Source: Oikopleura dioica
Lineage: Eukaryota; Animalia; Chordata
Length of the DNA: 64,000 nt
Assembly: GCA_907165135.1 (NCBI GenBank)
Contig: OU015567.1
Coordinates: 4,278,001 to 4,342,000 of the forward strand
Direction: 5' to 3'
The notes under the pieces were generated by a model. The model was not told the DNA's origin. It saw only the letters and a list, made by a program, of their open reading frames with translations, and did no database searches. Below are positions 25,892 to 35,537 of the stretch, piece by piece (positions within the stretch are counted from its first letter, which is position 1; every line of letters starts with the position of its first letter). A program made the translations under genes and the position numbers.

Positions 25892-27667
25892 CTCTTGAGT
25901 TTCCTCGATGGTTGTCCTGGTTGTATTGTCTCAATGCTGGACAGATCCTCACAGGATGATTGCCTCCACAGTTATAGCATGATATTTCACGTTGCTGTTG
26001 GTTGTATCTCGGATTTCGGTTGTTTTGGTAACCTCGATTTTGAGTTCTTGGCTCAAAAGTCTCCTTTTTATTTTCTTGCTTGTTGTAATTCTGTACATTG
26101 TAGCCCTGACTACCTTTCTTCTCCCATTTCCTCGTGTTGCTATGGTTTTGCTCTCCGTTGTTGTCGAACTTCCTCTGGTTGTCATAGAACTTTCTTTCCG
26201 GCTTCCTTCCTTGATATCCGCCCCTATTATTCGGATAACTATTGTGTGGCTTCCTGTCTTGTGTGGAATTCTTTCCTTCCTGTCGATTGTTGTAATATTG
26301 GTTGCCGGTTTTACGATTTTTATTGTGCCTTTCAATCAGATTGTTCACTTGGTCGATGTTTGAATGAGACAGGAAGTCTTCGGCGCTTTTGATCAGTTGT
26401 TCACCGGAAAGGTTTGAGCTGAGTTGCGCAAATACGCGATCTGTCGTAATTTTCTTCTTAAAGTTCATATCAACGTAGCTTCTGACGGCTCTTTCGTCTG
26501 GGAATAGTTTCAAGCATTTCATTTCCATGTTCTTGTAGAATCCTCTTGGCGTGTCTTTGTGTGGATTGAATACTGTATTTTCGATGTCGCGCATTCGTGC
26601 TTCAGAGCTTTTCCTTGTTATGGTGTCGATAGCACTTTTGAACCTTTTCAGGGTTATTTTGTGATGTTTTTCCTGGTAATCCGTCAGGAGTGATATGAGA
26701 CTTTCCTTAACTCCTCTGTTGTCAATTGCTGACAAAAGGATGCTACTGATTCTTTCTTCTTCAAGTTTTTCTTTAGTGTAAAGTCGTATTTGAAATAAGC
26801 TTGATTTGTACCAGTTTGGTAGGTAATCAATCTCATCGTTCTGAGTGAATTTCGTCAGTCTAATATCTTTAATATTTCCTTTTGAATTTCCCTCTGTGTC
26901 GATGTTATTTACTTGTTCTCCTTCGATGGTTGACGGGTCATCATCGCTTTCTTCGCTTGTATAGTCTGTTTCACTGTCTGATGTTGATTGTTGCATACTA
27001 GTTAGATTCTTCAAATTACTTCCTATTTTATTTATCGCTTTTTTAACTCTTCCACTTGCTGATGACTGGTTTTGCTCTTCTTCTGCTTCGACCTTCATTT
27101 CTTCTCCTTCTTCGTCTTCTTCTTGGACAACTGATATTTCTTGTTCTTCATCATATTCTTCTTCTTCGTCAAAAAATTTGAAGTTGCTTATTTCTTCTGG
27201 GTGCTTACGCTTGTTCCAAAGAATGTTCATGTGGTTTTTCAGGGCTCTTGAGTCACATTTGGTCTCTTCATTAAAGGCTTTTATAGTTGATACGTTTTCT
27301 TTAGCGTGTTCCACTACTTCGCTCCAATCATAAATTTTCTCTTCTGTATGCTTTTTCAACCAGTCGATTGTTGGACATGTGAGAACGCAGTAAATCTCGT
27401 CTGTTTCTTCTTCACTTATTTCCTTTAGTGTGAACACCGCCGCGATCGCATGAACTTGTATTTTCGTATTGGACGAAAATCTTTTCTTGAAGTATTTTTG
27501 TATCCTTCCACATTTTGATCCGCATTTTTAATTTTTAGTGCTTTGCATAGATGGATAATGTGTCTTTCTGGAATTGTCGTTGGTTTGATTTTTATTGTAT
27601 TAATTATGTTGTAGGTACTTTCGTTATTTTCTATCCTTGTGCTTGACAGCAAGGTTTTCTCCTTCAT
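25872..27667 (-). CDS. gag: Gag; probable single frameshift between ORFs 27425-27667 and 25872-27437
   Basis: Position directly after the PBS and a C-terminal zinc knuckle CYNCGGNHPVRIC. The gag frame stays open ~90 nt into the upstream ORF. Confidence 0.85.
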
Positions 27668-27694
27668 CGTTGCACGTAGGTTCGTTTCTCTTCT

Positions 27695-27706
27695 CTTCAG
27701 TCACCA
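27695..27706 (-). other. Primer-binding site TGGTGACTGAAG (first 7 nt fit a tRNA-Trp 3' end)
   Basis: TGG start 3 nt inside the 5' LTR boundary. The tRNA identity is an inference from 7 nt only. Confidence 0.6.
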
Positions 27707-27709
27707 AGA

Positions 27710-27982
27710 TAGATAGTGTCCTTCTCTTAATGTTCTGTCTGGATGATGCCTGAGCTGCTTGGGTCTGTAAAAAGGGATCAACTGACTGTTTCCGGTTCTA
27801 TTGTTGTATTTGCTTGTGTGTAAGTGGACAGTTTGTATATAGTAATTGAATGACTGTATAACTGACTGACAGCGTTAGATGGTTGGCAGAGTCTTATATA
27901 GAGTGGTGGTTGCTATGTGTTATTCAGTAAGATGTTGTCTTGGTTACAGTTCAGAATAGATCAGAGTTGGGACACTACTGTA
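27710..27982 (-). repeat. 5' LTR (273 bp)
   Basis: 272/273 identical to the other LTR; followed by the PBS. Confidence 0.97.
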
Positions 27983-28103
27983 ACAAGACTTTTTCTCCCT
28001 TGCCGTCATTTATGCCAAGTTATTAAAAAAATATTAAAAAAATCTTGCAAAAATAGTTCTTAAATTACATGTAAAGGAAAAAGTCATCAAAAAGGCAATT
28101 TAA

Positions 28104-28762
28104 GGGGGAGGTCGACGAGAATCGGGATTTCCGTGACCAAAAATGCGGAGAAACCCGATTAGATAGGAAAATTCTGACTTTTCGGATTGAAAGAAAAGGG
28201 TTTGAAAAATTAACCGGCGAAAAGCAGAAAAAAAAAATTTTGAAAAATATTTCAAAAATTAGGGTTGAAGTGGGGGTGTCTCTTGACCAAAAAATCTCGA
28301 AAACTGAGTTTTTTTTCTTCATCAAATATAATTTATAAATAGTTTAGACCCTTAAAAATTAACCGGCGATCAAAAAATTAAGGAGTACTTTCATAAAAAA
28401 ATTTTTCTTATTGATTAAAAATATTCGATTTTCGTCAAAATATACATTTTTGCCGATTTTTTCATGGAAATTTGTGCGAAAATCACAAAGACTCGGATTT
28501 TTTTTTAAATGATTAGTCAGAAATCATTTTAAAACAATGCCTTGTGCATGATAATCAGTTTCAGATAGTTTTTGGACGAAATCACCAACCAATTATTTTC
28601 AAGAAATTTCAGTTTCGGGACTTAAAATCGAAAATTTTACATTAAAAAGTTAACAAATTGAGAAAAAGCTAGGGACCAAAAATACTCCTTTTCTATCGAG
28701 GAATCCAAAAATATAATCAAAATTTTAAAAAGGTGAAAAAAAATTTCTCGACGACCTCCCCC
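28104..28762. mobile_element. TTAA-flanked non-autonomous DNA element with GG...CC termini (Kolobok-like)
   Basis: TTAA on both sides; TIR GGGGGAGGTCGACGAGAA / TTTCTCGACGACCTCCCCC. A second TIR element (GGGGGTAGAACTAG) abuts it at 28767-29148. Confidence 0.75.
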
Positions 28763-29968
28763 TTAAGGGGGTAGAACTAGATTTTGGGAAAAACCGTGAT
28801 TTTCGGGAGGCACTTTAAATAAGAAAAACCTGTTTTTACTTATGATTACGCAATTTCCTCAAAAACTGGCTGAACTATCTTAAAATGAAATTTAAAAAAT
28901 TTGGCTAGTCACGTGACTCGATAAATTTGACGACGCGAATACGCTAAAATTGCGATATTTGAAGAGGTGGGTTGACGTTTCGCTCTCTAGCGCCAAAATG
29001 TGTTGACGAAAAAAAATTTTAAGAAAAATGTTGTTAGATCTAAGTTTGTTCTATCAACAGCCGAAGAGAGAATTTGAAAATCTAAGCTCTCCTGGCTTTG
29101 AGCGCCGGTCTAGAATCGGCTATTTTCGAAAAACCTAGTTCTACCCCCCAAAAAAGAGGACTTTTTTTACTTTCTCATCCAAGGCTTGACATCCAAGCTA
29201 ATTAATACCTGACTCAGATTTCTACACAGATCGCTGAGCCCATAATCAGAACAAACAATATCTTTTTTATAAGCTTGCTTTTCGCAAGTCATTCTATTCA
29301 GATGAATTTGTGGCCTTTTCTCTTCAAAAAGGGTACGCTGTCAAAGAAAAACGACAAAAAAATCAAACAAGGAAATTTTAAAAGAGCAAATCTGTCTCAA
29401 AAAAACAAGAAAGAAAAAATGTTGAGAGAAAATATTTTTCATTTATTCAAAAAAATATTTTATCTACTAGTACTTCTCGTTGGTTTCTTACTTCTTTTTC
29501 AAAACTCAAAATATCTTAATCCTTTGAAAATTGAGTTAACCTCAAACAAGGTAGTAAGCTTTCAACGGTTGAATAGAGCTAAATCAATCAAATAATAAAA
29601 TTTTTGTTTGGGTCTTCTTTATTTTCGCATTGGATTCTCATTTCAATGCAGCGATCAGAGTGTGCACAAAAAATGCAAGAAATCAGAGCTTTTTTCCCCA
29701 ACAGTTTTTGAAGGACAAAAATTACCTTATTTTCATCGGGCTAGCGTATTTACGCTTTAGCGGCTATTCCCATTTTTAATTTTTTACATTATATATTTTA
29801 TAATATATTATACATTAAACAATTCAGGTAGAAAACAGGGACTTCTAATGTTCAGTTATCTTTGAATTATCTTGTCATTCTCTCTATTATTTTATATACT
29901 TATCGCAAATATTATCGCTGCAGTCTATGTTATAACCGCATTGATACACTCATCTTCTGAGATCTTGA

Positions 29969-32885
29969 TCTAGAGGTCTAGAGAAATTAGCTGAAGTTAC
30001 CCAACCGTTCAAAGAAATAATTGTTGCACTAAAACCCGATAATCCTAGAAGATCGCCTTTAGCTTCTGCCTACCTCAAACATACTTTTGCACTTGAGGAA
30101 AGGCTCCTATGGCTCGTGAATCCTGCCATTAGATTTACTAAGAAAAGGAAGGTTATAGCTAGGTTAAGGAGATGTATTTATCAAATGAAATTACTAACGG
30201 CGAAAATTAGACAACTTGATAAAAAGATGTTAACGCTTGATAATGATACCATCTCCACAATAATTACGCAGCAACAAGCGTGGAAGTTGGCCAAAAGATG
30301 GATTAAAAACCCCACGGCGGGATCGTTCAAAAAATCTATCAACGGAATTGCTGACGACCTTTTAGCGTTGCAGCTCAACACCGTGCCGCCAAAAGAGAAC
30401 GTGCGAACAGAGTCCACCCAATTCTCCCCGACGCAGAGAAATTCAGGATTCCAAAGGTCAGTTTTAGAAAAATTGGCCCATACCCGGCGTTCATCAACTT
30501 CTATAAAAGTTCGAAAACTAAAACTATGGACTTAAGAGGTGTATCGCGTGGCATGGCGGAGAAATTACCTCTCCAAGCGTTCTCGAACTTGGTCCTCGAG
30601 CCATTCAAGGATGGTACTTCCAAAGGTAAATTTATTAGCGATTGGATTGAGAATAAAGTTACGCCTTTACTGAAGCCTAATGGCTCCCCCAGACCTATTA
30701 CGATTACGCCTTGGCCTCTCGGGCTCCTAGAAAAGGCTTATAGTGAAGCCTTTATCATTTTCATGGAAGATAAAAAAATAGTTCCTTCGCAGCAGTATGG
30801 TTTTCGTAAATACCGTAGCTGCGGCGGAGCGGCTTTTGAAGCAGCGTTTGCCGTAAACTGCCTTAGCGGCGGCGAAAACAAGGAAGGTAGGTCGCAGACC
30901 TTCCCTTGTACGGGCATGATCAGCTGCGATGCCAAAAATGCGTTCGGGGTGGTCCCTCATGATAAGTTCCTAGAGGCACTTAGGGGGATCGCCTCGAACG
31001 CATTTGTAGAATTTATTGCCGCGTATCTGGTACGTAGCTTTAGGGCGGTCCTGAACGGATTCGTCAGTGATAAAAAGGTGCTTCCCCCTTGGGGACTGCC
31101 GCAAGGCAGTTCCCTCTCGCCTCCCTTTTATATTTTCTATTGTTCGACCTTTAACAATAGTTTAGTAGTCGATCGGGAGGATTCAAGCACGAGGATGGAT
31201 CAAGAAGTTGACGATCTGGTCAATGAGCAAAGCTGTAATCGAGAAGATCATCAGCTTCTAGAGCTCTCTCTAGCTTCAGGTGACTTGCTTATGAAAATGG
31301 GACGCAGAAAATGCGATCACCAAATCAGCATGTCCACGGGCATCTCACTCTCGTTTGCAGATGATTACATCCTTCTAGTGAATGGCTTCACCATCTCCAG
31401 CACTCTCAGATCTTTGGCGAGCTCTGCGAACTTGGTCCTGGATGAAATGCAAATATCCGGCATCAAAACGGCGCCGCACAAAAGCAACTTGATTATTTTT
31501 GGTAAGTCCGAACCAATCAGTCAAGACGCTCAAGTGATTAATAGCTGGTTCACAAATGATAAGGGGGAAAAGGGTATCATCATGGATGGTACTTTTGTAA
31601 AGTCTTCGGACAAAACTAAATACCTGGGCATTTGGGTGGAAAATAAGAACGGTCGACTCTCTTTTGATCTACACCACAAGGTCACGAGAGGTCGATTCAA
31701 AGCCATATCAGAGCAGATAAGTGTTATTTTTCATACAATGCCACTAAATATGCTTGCAAACATTGTCAGAGCGCAAATGGGCGGAGTCCTCCTTCACGGG
31801 AGTGACTACATTAACCCACCTGACCGAATGACTCTTGATAGTATGCAAAAGATCTACTCGAACACGCTCTGGCAAAAGAGGTCTCTGCCCTACTTTCTCC
31901 TAGACAAAAGTTGGAGTTGAAAGATAAAGACAGGCTAGCCTTTGAGGCTTTTAAAATGCGTTTTTACGACAAATACTTCAACTTTTGTCCTGAGGAAAAG
32001 TATTGGGCAGTCTTTCTAGCTGGGCAAATCCCTTTGCATTTCATGATAATGAAGCAAGGGATTATGAGCATTTATAAAAGTTTTCGATATCAGATACCGG
32101 AGCTACCAGCCAAATTGGTTAGGTTAGGACTTATGATCTGCGATCGTTTCGGCGATCCAATTTGTCCCTTACCGGAGGTCTTTTTATCAGAACGACTTAA
32201 AAATCAATTTATGAATAACTCCAGATTCGGTAAAAATAGAGTCTCCGGAATTCTGCTTAGAAAAGAACTTGAACTAATATTTCTGGCACAAGATTTCTAC
32301 CATCGTTTTGTCGATCTATTGGACACTGACACAATCGAAATTAGGTTCATCGTTCCCAAAAAGGACCTGGAAAACCGTTTTAAGATTGATAAAAAAGCTT
32401 GGCCTTGGTATCTAGCTGAGGCATTCAATAGTCTGCCGAATTACACGAGGAAAATGTTCGTTAATTTCAACTTTCCAAGTGTACTCAAAGACACAATCAA
32501 GAACACACATTTCCACGAAGGTTACACTTTCAAGTGTGATGCCTGTACTGGGCCAGTCAATGTATTATTCGAGGAAGGTATCAGACTTCCCTTAGTACTA
32601 AACAGCCCGGACGATTGGGACCTAAACAGTTATGACTACAACACAAGGAACCAACTTGCGGCGGGTACTGCTGCACTTATTGCATGGTTCTCAATGTCAA
32701 AAATTGACCGCCTAAGAATTGAATCGCCTCTGCTTTTCCACCAATTTTATATCCAAATGTGTAAAATTTCTCTACAGAAGGGCTTTGGTGGAATAATAAG
32801 TGGTCTTCTTTACGATAAGAATTTTAGGCATGAGATTAGGGAAATTATCTGGATTTTTGATAAGACAGCGTTTAAAGACCATTGA
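29969..32885 (+). CDS. LINE-type reverse transcriptase ORF (endonuclease end missing); two -1 frameshifts (~30.4 kb, ~31910)
   Basis: QQYGFRK, DAKNAFGVVPH, GLPQGSSLSP, FADD, KYLGI, thumb-like EAFNSLP and a late H...CxxC. The N-terminal part resembles the APE-RT linker, and the frame is open to within 14 nt of the insertion boundary. Confidence 0.9.
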
Positions 32886-32937
32886 CCCAAACCGCTCTAC
32901 CCTAGGCACTCTCCGATAAATTCCGACTAAAGACAAA

Positions 32938-34296
32938 ATGGCTAACCCATTCTTTTAGCGACGAGTTTTGGCGCTCAAAGACTTTTGGCGGTCAAACAAT
33001 CAATCGCGCCCATTTTCTGCGATGAAATTGCCCTGTTTTCGACACGGACAAAAACGACCTCGCTCTGGCCGCCTTTCATCCTAGCCAGTCGTTTCTTCAC
33101 GAAAATGCTCGACGATAAACCGATTACTCCCTCCGGCCTAATTGACTCTAAACCCTGTCCACCTCCGAGCATGAACATGTTCTGCGAATCTGACTGTCGG
33201 CTGATTGATCGCTATGCAGCCCGTTACGATGAATTCTTTCAAAATGGGTTAGAAGTCGTCAGATGGATTCTCGGAGAGCCAATATTCAAAAGGTTCCTGG
33301 TAGGAAAATCTGAAGACGAGACTCGAAAATGGGTTGAGTCATGGAAAAAGGCCTGATCTTCAAACTCCACGACCCGACAATTGGCTTGCCAGCATGGTCC
33401 TATCTCAACGAAGCATGTGACTCCCTTCTAGGGAGCATCCTGTTGAGAGATGAACCGAAGGGAGGTTACACACCTTCCTTTGACGCTCGGCTCGCAAAAA
33501 TTGCTGGTAAACTCCTCTGCGCAACATATGAGTGTGGAGAAGGCGCCCAGTTAATCGATCTCGCGCTGCTGTCGAATGACTATCAGCTACTGGACGTTCT
33601 GCATGCAATGTGGCAACTGAACCCAATCCGCTGGAAGACAGAACAATCGATTCTTCTGCGTCCATCCGGCTGGACTTCGCTAGATGCGATAAACAGCGCG
33701 GGTTTGGTAGCACAAGCAATATCCATTCATTCTGAAGTATCCGGACTAGCGGTTGAAGCAATGGCATGCATAGCCTGTCACCCAACCTCATACGAAATAA
33801 TGAAATGCCGGGATTTGGCAGAATACTCCTTGGCAGACAGCGGACTCAAGAATGCCTCCAAGAAGTTAGCAGAAAATGGGCTTGTTAAGCCAAAAAACGA
33901 GCTCGCGACAATCTCCAAGTTCCTCGATATCGGAACTACGCAATGTAAAGCAGTTTCGGATGTTCTCGAGGAAAATCTTGGGATCACGTTATATGACCTT
34001 ATTTCCGAAGCAATCACCTGTACGGCAAAGAACGCTTGTTCCTGTGGCAAAGTCATCGCAACCGCGGCGAAAGCCGACGAGGACTACATGGGGATGGCCT
34101 TCTTCACCGTCAAAAATGGCTCACTGAAGTGGTGCATGACATTTATGTAAATGAAGAAAATGGGAAGCTTTTTAAGCTAAACCTTCTTCAAAAAGTAACG
34201 GAGCGTAAGTGCAAGCTACTTCATATACACTGCATGGTTACTAAACTCACCAAAAGCTACAGCTTCCAAAATCCTTCGGGCCGATTGTCCAATTAA
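32938..34296 (+). CDS. Cargo ORF 1, intronless, ~450 aa after repairing three homopolymer deletions; unknown function
   Basis: ATG 52 nt after the RT stop. ORFs 32985-33356, 33341-34150 and 34036-34296 overlap in successive -1 frames, and each join can be made at a C or A run. Confidence 0.65.
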
Positions 34297-34334
34297 AAAT
34301 AGAAGCGATAAATCAAGCTTCCATTTATATAATA

Positions 34335-34963
34335 ATGGATCTTGCCAAAAACTGCGTCAAAATCGCCCCTCCAGTAACTCACGCCGATTTTGTCATTAAA
34401 AACGTAGCAAAAAAGCACAGCCCGTCCTCAGACAAACCTATTACTCTTCAATCTTTCCCTGTAGTCAGACAGAATTGGTTTTCATAACGCCGCAGAACTT
34501 GAATAAAGAACTTGAAAGAGTTCGGGAAATTTCTAAGCTAAATTTGCAATCAGCACTTAAGAAAATCAATGAATCTGCGCGTGATTATGATTTCCAGATA
34601 TACCAGACTTACTCATGTCTCTCAATCTTTTATGATCATCAATTGAACCAAGTGGCAGCGGATCTCCTCTCAGCGCCAGACCTAAACGGGTTGGCGAATC
34701 GGGAGGGATACTCGGCCTCAGACTTTCGGCATATTGATTTTCATAAGTTAGCAACTGATCTTAAAAAGGCAAACAATAAAACCTGCCTTGGAGCATCTAA
34801 ATTTAATCAGCCCTTTTCAGAACCGATCTGTGAACCAAGGGAGGTCACAGACCTTCATCGGTTCCTGGAAAGTCACTGTAACGCCGATGCAAATCTATCC
34901 CAAGAGCCAGAAGAATGCAATCTTTACGATTCTCTCCCTTCACTCGATCTGGTTCAAGACTAA
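34335..34963 (+). CDS. Cargo ORF 2, intronless, ~210 aa after one repair; unknown function
   Basis: ATG 38 nt after the ORF 1 stop; -1 join into ORF 34475-34963; followed by a pyrimidine-rich UTR and AATAAAATAAA at 35306-35316. Confidence 0.6.
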
Positions 34964-35537
34964 CAAAGACCCTTTGAATAGCTGCCTTCGTTAACTCGTA
35001 AGTCATCTGCTGTTCTTTCATCTCAAGTGGTTATTCTTCCCCTATAAAGTCTACTCGTTTGCGCTTTTATAAAGCGTCGACAACTCCGCAAGACACCTTT
35101 TCAGCGTATTTATATTAAAAATCCACCGTGTTATCTCCTTGGATTACACTCATTCTCGCGTTTTGTTATAAAAATCTCCTTCCGTTAATACAATCTCTTC
35201 TTTTCTACTCTAGTTCTCCTCAGCTTTATCATGCCCTGCTTTTAATCGTTTTGTTTACTACACAATCACACCGTTTACTAGATTCATACTCTCCTGTTCT
35301 TGCTCAATAAAATAAAACTTAATGATCAAGCGATTTCGCTGACTGGAATTGTTGGATTACGCAACAAAAACTAGTCATCTTGATAAGTCGTTGACAAATC
35401 TTATTTCCAAGTTAGAAGTTTATTTAAAATTTGGAAGCAGAACAGAGGCAAAATTGCAAAAACAGGAATCTTAAGTGTGATGTTCACTTGGGAAGTTATG
35501 TTTCTCCAAGTAAAGTCGTGGTAAAACTAGCCTTAGC

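Larger units (their letters stand above)
16680..27982 (-). mobile_element. Full-length env-bearing Ty3/gypsy LTR retrotransposon (Tor-like), 11,303 bp
   Basis: Two 273-bp LTRs, ACAA TSD (16676-16679 and 27983-27986), PBS, PPT and gag-pol(PR-RT-RH-IN)-env order. The empty site is visible in the paralogous unit near 43105. Confidence 0.97.

Noticed and set aside
21912-26392. Plus-strand ORFs opposite gag/pol (e.g. 24942-25571, 23240-23737, 25865-26392)
   Set aside because: They are antisense shadows of A-rich coding sequence, with Ser/Leu/Phe-biased composition and no motifs.
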